Below, piece by piece: positions 35,901 to 47,243 of a stretch of 48,645 bases of DNA; within the stretch, counting starts at the first letter, position 1, and every line of letters starts with the position of its first letter. The translations under genes and the position numbers were made by a program. Location of the stretch: assembly GCA_018398765.1 (NCBI GenBank), contig JAHBMJ010000418.1, positions 1-48,645 of the forward strand, written 5' to 3'. Source of the DNA: Chromera velia. Its lineage: Eukaryota. The notes under the pieces are model-generated. The model was not told where the DNA came from. It saw only the letters and a program-made list of their open reading frames with translations, and made no database searches.

Positions 35901-37060
35901 TCTCATAGCGACCACCCAGGCCAACCTTGACGCGAAAGAGGAACTGCATGCTCAAGCACCTGCGGCACGGGTGCCTTCCCGGCCCGTACATTGAAAAGTA
36001 GATGGGGGGTCAGGGTCTCAAGGATGTGCTTCTCTATGCGTACTTGCATGCATGGAAGGGGTGGAGTGGCGCCAGTCCGGAAAACGCCCGTTTCCGGTAG
36101 TCTCGGGAAGAGGCACCTCCCAAAACAAAGCACGGCATTCCACCAAAGATCAATTGCTTAGATGGGGAAAGATTTTGCCTGCAGGGGCCCTTTTCGGAAT
36201 GAAAATTGCTGACTGGAATTTTGAGAGAGCAGGGAGACCGGGGGAGGGCCTTCCCTCTGCGGCCCCTCTTAGGGCCATGCTGGAGGTCAACAGGACCCTT
36301 GAGAGACTGCCAGAGCCGCACAAAAACGCGCACGCGACAGAAAGCAGCGACGTGGGAGTGGGAAGCAAACTCTGCTTGCACTGTTTTCCTCAGGAACTTT
36401 GTAGACGGACAACCAGGAATACTTCAGGAACTTTGTAGACGGACTCACTGCTGTTTTAGAAGACAAAAACACACTAGGAGTGGCCGAAAAAATGTTTCAA
36501 TCTGATTCAGAGGATCCATCAGCGCTCTTTGCTTCCTCGGTGGACGTTACGATGTGAAGAGAAGAGATTCTTGCGCACGAGAAGCTCAAGGAGCAGCCTG
36601 TTGAGAAGATTGTCCTCCTTGAAAACCTGATGCGCTCCACAATCCTGAGGAACGTTACAGCCCGCATGACTGCAAAGTCTAGTACGACATTGATCACCTC
36701 GCCAAGCGGGACATGAGATAAGGAGACTTCCATGGAATGGTGTACTGCATGGAAGCGCGCCCATATATAGGCAGAGCGTTTTCAGAAAGGCCTCAACAAG
36801 ATGGAGGCAGGTCTGCTGGTTGAAATCAATACCGTCGGGCGCATCGAAACGATTGAGTCGGATGCCTTTGTTTGTTTTTCTGGTCGGTAGTGTGCCTCGG
36901 CTGACAGCCCGGAATCCATCTCAGTGACCTGTGTTGGCATGGCGGGGGAGACGAAGAACAAGCTGATCACGCGCGTCTACGGAGCCCCCATGCAAGAGGG
37001 AAAGGGCCCGCCCGCCGTCCTTTCTCGAGCCGGACAGCTGACAACAAGCCCGCATCTGTA
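32960..37060 (+). pseudogene. Heavily degenerated long coding region including a permuted papain-like (PPPDE/LRAT-type) peptidase remnant at ~33040-33280
   Basis: LLLLEK...EDQYRLLSHNCWCIVRDVF carries the Y.LL..NC motif. Further coding-like pieces (33449..33673, 34166..34768, ~36560-37060) are separated by stops and frameshifts. Confidence 0.45.
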
Positions 37061-37496
37061 GGCGATTCTCTGCTTGTGTTGACTGCAATGTGGATTTTTT
37101 TCGCACTGCCGTGTTTTTCTTGCCCTGCCCCCATTGAAATGACGAACGCTTGCTCGACACTCGGTCGAAGAATATCGACTCCGGAAAAGACGCACTTTGC
37201 CAGTCAGCGACCACAGTTGCTTGCTTTGAACAATGGCATTCATGGTTGTCTTCCTCCCTCCCCTCCTCCTCCCTGCCTGCCTGCGTGCATCCGATTCGGC
37301 GTCTCTCTCCTCCACTCGGCCCCCTCTGGACGGACGGCCCGTGACTACATGCATGATCGACTCCCGGACCCCTCTTGTTGGTGATCATCACCTGGTTGGC
37401 TTGTTGCTCATCGTGCTATCTGCCCTCTCGTTCACCTGCCTCTATTTCGACCTGTACATTTTTGGCCGACATCTCCGTTCTCGTCTCCCTGGCAGT

Positions 37497-38764
37497 ATGA
37501 GGTGTTTAATTTTTGCTTTGATTCTCTTACTCCTTGGGGCTATTGCAATCAAAAGAAGCAACTCAGAGCCGTGGAACCTCGAGAAGGCGGTGAAAGGCAA
37601 AGCAGGCGCTGAAAGCGAGTAAGTGAAGGCGATTAAGCGTAGAGAGGAATGTGCAGACACATGGTCTCCTTCTATGGGTTCGATCGCGTGGTCGCAAGGT
37701 CGGTGCGCTTCTCTCCTGCCCCCTCTGCCGCTGCACTGATTGAGGAGTGCAGAGAACTGCGGAGGAGAGTGATGGACGCGTCCATCATCATCATCTTGTT
37801 CATTGGTCATCTCCGGGAAAACGCAGCAGACTCGGTGACAGAGGCAGTCCCGGGGCCCGTCTCTGCCTTCCTTTTCTTCCTCCTCCTCCTCCTCTTCGTC
37901 CTCTCAGGGGGGGAAGGGGGGACATGCCAAGTGACGAAACTGGCGGGAGTGAAGGAAAAAAGAGATGGAGGGAGAGAAGGGCGTGCGTCCTACAACCTGA
38001 GCGCCTGCTCCGGTCGCCAAGGATACGAGATTCAGGGGGGTCTTTCATCACCCATTGCATACCGTTCTTTGGTATGGTTTCGTGGTCGTGGGGAGGGAGG
38101 ACTTTCTCGAGGATGGCAGAGGGGGCATTCATGGGGCTTGCGAGCCTCATGCATGAGTGCCGCCCATGAGGTGGTTCTCGCTCCTATGCCCGCGGGGAAG
38201 TTCAACCCGTCGTTCGGGTCCTCTCTGTCCTTTCCTTTCCAGGGGTTTTCTGCAGAGGGGGGAGAAATGGGGGAAGACCTGGCAGATCGGCTAGAGGCGG
38301 AGAACTTCTCAGATGTGTTCCCCGTCATGACTCTGAGCGGTGTCCTGGGGGTTAGGGGTTTTTGGAAGCTGCGTGACTGCGCCAAAGATCTCGTGAACCT
38401 AAGTGGCCTGCCCCTCCTTCTACACAGCCACCCAGAAAGAGAAACAAGCAAGAGTGTCTTTCAAGTGTGCAGACAAAGTGTACACGCTCATCGCATCCTC
38501 TCTGAGGCCTTATGGGTTGACTCTGTCCGATGATGCCCGCCTTCACAGAAGAAAAAGCAGAGCTGGCACTCCACATGAAGTCCTCGGCAATGACCCGAGC
38601 ACTGGCCAAAAAGCGTAAGGACATATGTTTGAATGAAGGCAGTTTCAATCAATTAATGTGTCATTGAGTTTTCGTGTAGACTTGCAATCAAGTTGCATGT
38701 GCCTGCGTGCGTGCGTGCGTGCGCGAGTGCGCGAGTGCGTGCATGCGTGTGCTGTGTGTGTGTG

Positions 38765-38797
<33 letters not shown>

Positions 38798-40540
38798 TGG
38801 TGAGTGTTTGTGTGTGTGCGTGTGCGTGCGTGTGTGTGTGTGTGTTGCTTTGTTTCTCAACTCATTCCATCTTACTCGTTTGTTCCCTTCTCATCAATTT
38901 TGTCCTCGTCTCATGCACGCATGCCCTCTCCCTCTCTCCAAACTTCTCCTCTCTCTTAATTGTCCTTCTGCCCCAGCTTGCTCCCTTCCCATGCACTCAT
39001 TATCTTTTTTTGATTCGAGAGTGTCAGGCCTGCATTGGTCAACTTCCCTTTTGCATGCTCGTCTTTCACTTTCTTTGTACCTTTCCATCACTATCCCTGC
39101 ATCCAAAAGCACGGATCTCTCTTTGCGCGCATTTGTGTGCAGGGCCTATCCTCTCCCGAGGAGAGTGCTAAAGTTGGGGGTGAAGAGGGACCCCCAGGAG
39201 TTCTGCAGGCAGGTGCAGACCCTGGCGGTTGACCTGCCCGCCTTCCTGGCTCAGAATGGGGACACGGACACCCAATTCTTCCCCTCTCTTCCACTCTCCC
39301 CATAGGACTGGAGAACAAGACCGCAACTCAGAGGGCGCGGTGACTGGACAGGTTTCTGGCTTTGCAGCTTTAGGACCTGCAATTGAAAAAGAATTTTCCC
39401 CTCCCCACTCCACATCGCCTACTGACGTCCGTTGCTTTCTGTGCAAGAAATCCCTCGAAGGACATCTCACAAGCAGAAGCACACGATTGCACGGCCTTCT
39501 CCACCCCACCGACTTCGCCCCACCACGACAGCTGCCCATCGTTTCTCCAGAGGTGACGATCGCTTCCGGGTGGGTCTGTTGTTTTCCTACTTGTTCTCAC
39601 GTCCACAAACGATGGCAAGCACACAGGAAGCAAAGTGGTCTCGCCGAGAAAGAGTTCACTAAGTGATCTTCACCATCACTGATGAGCAGAGGCAGCAACG
39701 CAGTGCAAAGTAAATGGTCACAAATCAAAACTAACACTGTCAACACATCTCATAGAAATTCCTTACGAACTCTTCTTTCAGGTCGCAGGATCGAGCGCCC
39801 GTTGGCAGGGTCTGTCTACCTGCAGTCGTCGCTTTCAGTCTGCCTTCGCTTCAGGCTCATTTGTTGTCCCTTCTCTCCCCGCTTTTGCTTGTACGAGAGC
39901 CTAATCGGTGTGCACGTTTTGAGAAACAGCTCTCAGCATGCCTACACGTCTGCGTGTCAGTGGGAATACTCTGTCAGCCAAGTACCTGCATGGTTCTCCG
40001 GTTTTCCTGGGGGGCCTTCTTCAATCCAAAGAGGAACCAGGGTCCTGAATGACGAGGTTCTCAGCCACTTGCTCAACGGAGATTTTGAGCTTTCGGTGAA
40101 CGACTCGGCCGCCACCCACGTCATGCTGAACACGGAGACGGTCAAGAGACAAGCATTCATTCCGGGGATCCCCACACTTGTTTTTGCCCGGTGATGGTGC
40201 CATGACATGTCTGTGCCTGTCGTTCTGAGCCTGACAATTCAAGGTGTGTTGCCTCAGTTCTTCTTCAGTCTGCTGCGCTTCATCAATCTTGGATCATGAA
40301 CAACATCCGGGAAGCTGTTGCATCTGTTGCTGCTGTTCGGATGCAACCAAAGGCCTTGCGAGGCAGTCCAAACTGCAGGAAGGGAACGGCAAGTACTCAG
40401 AGATTCGCCTGCTCGTGAGGGGAGGGGACTTGACAAATGAGGGCTCGAAGAAATGGCCCGCTATCAATTCATATAAGGCGGCTGGCTCGCAGAAGGGCAT
40501 GTTGTTCAAGAAAATCAGGTGCTGATGGAGAGGCAGGTAA
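37497..40540 (+). CDS. Multi-exon gene or pseudogene B, paralog of gene A; exon 1 = 37497-37618; possible zinc-finger exon at ~39420-39630; 3' end uncertain
   Basis: MRCLIFALILLLLGAIAIKRSNSEPWNLEKAVKGKAGAES then donor GTAAGT at 37619. Acceptor TGCAG at 37656 joins in frame to the 37649 ORF. CFLCKKSLEGH...H and CCFPTCSHVH occur downstream. Confidence 0.5.
38697..38845. repeat. (GT)n/(GCGT)n microsatellite (intronic)
   Basis: Directly visible; similar (CT)n/(GT)n tract at ~42860-42970. Confidence 0.95.
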
Positions 40541-41016
40541 GCGCATACCCATGCAAACAACTACACACATGCATGCATGTGCCCACGTGCGTGCGCCCAC
40601 AGAAATAGAGAGAAAGATGGAGACCCCACAAAGAAAACGTTCTCTTTCTCGTATAAATGGAATTCCCGTCCTTTCAGACCTACACTATCAGCGCGAATTC
40701 CCCTCTACGCGTGCGAACGGCCCGTGCACGCGAAAAAAACGCGATTTCCGCAAAAAACGCGCGTGCGGGATCGCACAGCATGTACGCGTATGTCCCATGC
40801 CGCGAACAGACCCCGCACGACTGATGCGTCACGCATGCATTCTCGCGCCGCGTCTCGCCCGCACAAAAAACTCAAAATTTCCCCAAAACTCAAAGCTCTC
40901 TGAATTGTGTGGTGAATATCCCAAGCATCTTCTTTCAAAGGCCAGTGTCGTAAGATCGTGCATCCGCAACTCGTTCCTCTGTTTCAACGTCTTTCCAGGG
41001 ATTTTGTAACAAGAAG

Positions 41017-42912
41017 ATGAAAGCTTCGCAGGCGCGAAGCCGGTCCCTCAATCCAGCGTCTGGCCGGGACAGGGACCAAACGACACGACCCCCCCGTAGG
41101 AAGGAGGACAAGACAAAGAAGGGTCGGGGAAATCCTCGGCTATACATATCACCCATCGACATCCTGCGCATGTCGAGACTCGCCGATCGTCAGTTGCCAG
41201 TGAGATAGAGACACACAGAGAGACGCAAAGAAGAATAATCGTGCAGGAGATCGAGGAGAAAGTGATCAAGAGACGAAGAGAGAGAGAAAGAAAGAGGAGA
41301 AAGCGAGAGAAGAAGAGGGGGGGAGGAAGGGAGAGGAGAAACTGAGAGAGGAGAGAGGAGAAAGTGGCACGGGGAAAGAGGCAGAGAAAGCGAGAGAGAA
41401 AGGGGAAAGGGAAAGCGAGAGAAAGGAGAAACAAGAAAGTCAAAATTGCAAGCCCTGCATGCATGCATGTGCATGCAGCAATTCCGAATCGGGACATGAC
41501 GAGACGACCGTTGGGTCTGAGTGCGCGGTGGACAAAACTTTTATCATATGCTGGAATGGGATGATTGCCTGATTGATAAGTCTTTCTCGTCGTCTTTCCT
41601 TCTGTCTTTCCTTCTGTCTGTAGTTCTCAAGAGGTGATTTCGTGTGAATTTGCGAGTTCCATTTCTTTTTTGCCTAAAGGATGTGTTCTTGAACGATTGA
41701 CTGACTGAATATTTTGAGACGATAAAATCTGATTGGGTGTGCGTATGAGACAGAAGTTTAACTCATTGTTTGGTGAAAAGACACAACAAATTTTGGATCC
41801 GGCGAACACAGTGTACGCAAAGAATCTCGACAAGGTTGCACTGCTTCACGACCATGCCCAGGAAAAGTACATCGACAGCCTTCGCGAGGAGAATGCGATC
41901 AAACTGCGCCTAACCACATACACAGAGGTCCAGATGGTGTAAAGATCAAAGGAGACCACAAGAAGGTCCTCAAGGAGGAGTGCTTCGGGAAAAAACATCT
42001 GAAGGTCACCATGAAGGAGAACGCCTGAATGAATGCCATTGCATAGAGATCTGGTTTGATGCGTACGCTGTCATGTGGGGGGCTGCGAAGGGTGCAACCC
42101 CAATTAGATCCATCCAGAAAAGCTTCCCTCGCCTTCAGCCCAGCAGGGGTGCCCTCTTCGGTGACCCGATGGGGTGTCTGCAGCGGTGCAAGTATTCTTT
42201 GTTCCTGCCCTCGTCCATGTGGTCTCAGAACCACTTTCTCTCCGAGGGAAGAAACTGACACACACTACACATGGTGGAGGGTCTCGGTCCTTCTTTGAGT
42301 TCGAGGGGGATCCGACAGCAAGTGGTGAAGGGAGCCAGGGGTTCTTTGGCGGGGGTGCACACGTGTGTTTTGGGGGGCATACAACGTTGCCCCTTCTAGC
42401 GTACAGACACTATATGCACTGCGGGCGTGTCCTCGTGTAGGCATTGCGTAATCACCCAAACGCAAGTCAACCTGAGAGCAAGAACGCAAAGCACACACCA
42501 AGTATTGTCGAGTGGAAGAGTACACGCCCCGCCTCTCTGGGGAGTCCATGAACAAGACCATAGGGAGCATGCGCATGTGTGTGCTGGACTTGATCTGTCC
42601 CAAGTGCCCGTTCAAGGACCGGTTCAACATCCGGGTGAAAAACTACGGGAGAGGCACTTTTTCTGGGCAGTCTGTGATCTGGTGTTCGGGGACGCAAGTG
42701 GACAGGAACGAAAAGCCTCCGAGCGACGAGTACTTCGACTCCGCGACCTGCATCGGCCTTCATCACGTTCCCTTCGGTAACAGGATCGTGTTGATCAAGA
42801 CGCCACCTTCGACCAGTTGCGGGAGCGCTCTCGATCCTCACTATGTGCGGCTGTCTTTCTTTCTCTCTGTCTCTCTCCCTTTCTCTCTCTCTCTCTCTCT
42901 CTCTATTTTTTG

Positions 42913-42950
<38 letters not shown>

Positions 42951-45900
42951 GGAGGGGGGGGGGCTGAGTGTGTATAGTAAATGTTGTCTTTCTGGAACGA
43001 AGTCATTCACTGGCATGTCTTTCCCCCAGGACCCATGGCTTCATCCCTGTAGTAGAGTTCGGATTTTCTCGGTCTTCACGAGATGGGCCACAACACTCGG
43101 TTTCAGCCTTCCAGAAAGCCTCAGTCTGACCGCTGATGGAGTGAGTCCTTGCAGGAGTACATGCATGGGCCCCCTCAATTCATTCTTCACCTAGACGGTC
43201 TCCGGGCCTACATGAACCAGATGCCAGACCGCATCGACAATCCGCAGAGCAACGGGGAACCTCCAAACTTTGCAGGCAGGTTATGTAATTAATACATCAG
43301 TCTGAAACTGGGATGTACTGTACCGTTCGAAACACTGGATGGACGACGGAAGAGAAGTGGCGTGGAGCCAGATCTCCGTCGCGGCCGGACAGACGGGGGA
43401 AGCCGGCCGTCGCGAGTCAGAGGCAAAGGAGCTCGTATTGCACGCGGCCTTCTCGGCTGCAGGAGTCTTTCTGACGATCACCACCCTTGTGGACATCGAA
43501 GTTGAGACTTCCGACATCGACGCAGATATGGTGCAGCAGCAGCAGCAAGCCTCTCCTCAAGTTCCGCCCGCTCAGAGTCCGCCTGCGGATGCCCGCCCTC
43601 AGTTCTCCCGGCGTCTCCTCGAAATGGCGTGCGTGCAGACCGGGGCACTTCTGATTTCCATCTATCTGTGTCTTTTGTCTTACAGTTTCTTGGGTTCTTT
43701 CTATCCTTTCCTTCGAGCTCACCCCAGGGGGGTTCGATTTACAGGATGGCAAAGGGGAAGACCAGGCCCCATGCAGAATTTGTCTTGCCGGTCAATCAGT
43801 TGATGCGCGTGATCTTCTTCGCTTCTCTTCTCGTGCGCAAGTCTTCCTGTCTGATCCAGCCGACATACAGTGATCAAGTTCCAAGTGTCTTTTCAAGCCT
43901 TTGTATGTCTTCCTTCCAGCGGCCCCCCATCATGGCTCATCGTACTGTATTCTCTGGTGATGAAAGAAGAAACCAGAATACTCCGCAGTTCTCTCCCCAC
44001 CTCAAGGGGAGACTCAGGGAGGATTTTTGAAGAGGGGGAAGCGGTTCTCGTAAAGACCTTGCATACCACAGTACATCTCACCATTTGAAGACTTCAAACT
44101 CTGACGGGATCAGCATCTGCGCAGCAATCAGAATAAGTACGGGGCAACAAGACTCTACAAACTGCCTGACTACACCACCCCTGAAGGGAAAGAGGGCAAA
44201 CGACTCAGCGGTGAGAAGTATTTTGTCTTTGTACAAAACCACTTGCTTCCTGCAATTGAAGACAGCATGCCCTGTGGCCGTCACGCGGAGAAACATGCCT
44301 TCCACGATTCATCACATGATGTACTCTTACGGCGATGCATTGGAGAACTTCTGCAAAGGGGCTTGGTATATCGATGAAACATACATGAGCCTCCAAGGGC
44401 ATTTCCCTACACTGGCTATATACTATTTAGAAAAGAAATTGCCAACTGGGCCCCCCTCCACGAAGGTGGCGCACAAGCCATACAAGCAGGCAGACCCCCA
44501 CCGGAGGTGTTAAACCTTTTGGCGTGAGGGCGGTGCTTTGCACTGCGTAAGAACCCGGATGGCACCAAGATACGCCCTAACACAGTTGGAGGCGCAGTGC
44601 GAAGGATTATCATGCAGGGCTGTGCTCCTTAAGAAGGGGGAACAGATCGAAAAGCACCTGGGGGTGAGGCAGTATGCAGTGCGAACCCCTTTCCAAATCA
44701 ATGAAGCAAATCAATCAAAGCCTTCCCGATTAAGGTGGCCAGGGACCGGATCCTTTTGCGAGTGTGATGCCTGCTGCCGCAGCGACCGTGGAGAGGGCCA
44801 GAAGCACTGCACAGAGAGCAAGCCCCGTACTGAGTACCCAGGTGGCTCTCGCCTTTCCCGCTCAGCCGGAGTTGCACCCCCAGCACAGTCCCCTATAGAC
44901 AAGGGGGGGGGGCCCATCCAGACAGACTCAGGGGGGCCAAAGCTCCCAAAGTGGTTCCGATGTTGAACGTCGTCTGTGATCAGTACGAGAAGAACTGGTG
45001 TAAGCTCTCGTCCGTCTCGCAGGCAAGCAATGTACAAGCACCGCGGTCTCTTCGTGCGCGGGTCAAACAAGAAAGTATACATGGCAGACATATGGGCAAA
45101 GATGGCACTCTCTACCAGTAAGACTGCGTCAGAAGACGGCACGGTGCCGGAGGGGGCTGGGGGGCACTCCCAATACGAGGTGGAGAATTACAAGAGGGTG
45201 GAGGAGGCAAAGCAGAGGTACTGGGGGGGGGACAACCTCCTGAAGTGCTGGGGTGTGGGAAAAACAGGAATCCTCCTCGACTTCTGTGCGGGAGGATCGC
45301 TTGAGGAGCGACAGATAGAGATGAAGGCGTGGAACGGGTCATGCAGTCAAAATTCTGGGTGTCTGTTCCGGCCCCCCCAAACCATCCAAGTGCATGGGGC
45401 AACCTCGCAACGGAGGTGATGAGGAACTTGGCAGGTTGGTTTAGAACTTCATGCAGTTTGATGCGCTAGTTCCTGCAGTCCTCTGCGTCCATACATACCC
45501 CTCCCTGAAATCCCTCACTCCTCGCAGGGTGCCTTCCTGTCTCGAACGCGTTGTGGGCTGGCACTCGGGTTTCCGATATGTCCACGAAGGCCGCCGTCCT
45601 GAACACCTTAGGGCTGTTCCTGTGCCTGCCTGAACACAGATTTGCGTTTTTTAAAGACGCAGACGTTCGGGAAGGGGAAGACCTGAACCATCCCGACGTG
45701 GCCAGGCAGATCGACAGACAGAGCCATATTATCGTTCTTTGTGGGGATGAGGCGACCGGATCTCTGCGGCGCCGACCGGCAGGATCTCGCGCGAAGGAAA
45801 TCTGGCTGACCGGAAGTGTCGCTGACCAGAACTCTTGCGCGTGACCGCGAAAAGTTCCGGTCGGGGGATCCGGTCGGCGAATTTAGCGACCGGATCCCGC

Positions 45901-47055
45901 CGACCAGAAAGATCTGGTCGACCAGAACTATTCTCGGTGAAGGTCGACCAGAATGCTTTGCAGTCAATCAAAATTGTGGATCAGCTGAAACTCAATGGAC
46001 ATTCGCAATTCTTCCCTAATCCCTCCTTTGTCAGTTTGAAAAACCCCGCAAAGTTTGTTGCACCTTGATGTCTCTGTTTGAACCCTGTCAAATTGTGATT
46101 CACACGCAAAAGTATTAGGTCGTCTGTTTGAACGTCCCTTATTTTTTCCGGCGAGATGGCCTCTTCCTCTTCTTCTTCCTCTCCCTCGTCCTCATTTGCA
46201 GCGGCGAGTGTGGAAAAGGGGTCACACAGAAGAGCCAGAGATTTGCCAACGACCGGAGATGGCATCCGCCGAAGGACGGCGACTGGTTGGGAATCCTCAG
46301 GGAGAGAAAGGGTGGAGGGATTTTTTGGACAGCCGACAGAGAGAGAGTGTCTCTTCCGATGGAGTCTTTTGTTTTCCAGCAAGAAGACAGGGGGGGGGAC
46401 CCAAAATTTTTTCCGTCGTCGCACTTCCAGATATGGACAGCAAAGAGGGGTCCGGACTCGAAGAGCAAGCCGATGCATCACGACAGTCATTTGCCTCCTG
46501 GAGACAGAGCCCTGCCCTGTGAGATGGAGTTTCGCAAGGCAGCAGTGATGGCGTGGATTGGCTACATTTCGTACAACTGCGTGCGTTTGCTGATCCTGGC
46601 AGGGTTGCAGCAGGAGGAAATCACTGCCTTGACATTTTACCATGACCAAGTGGTTGAGATTCAGGACAGATTGAGAGAGCCTTATCCTCTGGTCACAATC
46701 ACGACAGTTGATAGCTTTCAGGGGAGAGAAAATCTGTCTGTGATTGTGTCCTGTGTGTGGTCGTCCGAGTTCAACACAGATTTCTCTCTCAGTACAGAGA
46801 AATGGTCAAAAGCAGGCATCGAGGGATGAGTTGGGGATTGTTGGGGGACACAGCGGACCCACGAAAGGTGAACATCTCGGTCAGTCGTCTAGCACCCATA
46901 TGCTCACAGTGATCGGGAATCAGAAGACTCTCTGTGCGAGCTCTGACTTCCAGGCACTTGTGCAGCGCATTGCAAGCGAACCAGACTACCCACCGACACA
47001 CCGTGAAGGGCGAACTCAAACCTACGACTATCTCAACTTCGATTGGCCTGAATAA
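41017..47055 (+). pseudogene. Degenerate Upf1-like superfamily 1B RNA helicase gene (AAA_11/AAA_12 core at ~45240-47055); 5' extent tentative
   Basis: Ordered motifs: GVGKT (45252), MSTKAAVLNT (45578, Ia-like), IIVLCGDEAT (~45727-45756), KFFPSSHF (~46404), ITALTFYHDQV, TVDSFQGRE...VIVSCV (46702, V), RKVNISVSR (46862, VI, other frame), LTVIGNQKTL. Several frameshifts. Confidence 0.82.
45752..45954. repeat. Array of about 11 GACC(G/A)G motifs in both orientations with a perfect 12-bp hairpin
   Basis: GGGATCCGGTCG (45865-45876) pairs with CGACCGGATCCC (45887-45898). The array interrupts the helicase just after DEAT. Confidence 0.75.
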
Positions 47056-47243
47056 GGAGGCCGACAAAGACGCGGCAAAAGACCAGTGATCGCAGAAAGG
47101 GGGCGGAGAGCCTGAGAACCCTTCAAAGGACATGGACAGGAAAGGAGAGGGCGAAAAGGAGGAAAAAAGAGACATGCGGGACACATCGTTTATCCGAGTT
47201 TTTTTCTTCTCTCTCGACCAAACATAAGAAAGAATTTAAAGAA

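Noticed and set aside
44440..44950. TGPPSTK, INEANQ and GGPKLP as a second upstream helicase domain
   Set aside because: Each motif is degenerate, they lie in different frames and the II-III spacing is too long. The ordered set at 45240-47055 is better supported.
32900..47055. Endogenous RNA virus (H-NC peptidase plus SF1 helicase, picorna/nido-like)
   Set aside because: No RdRp motifs were seen, and spliceosomal introns plus the TVDSFQGRE motif point to cellular genes.
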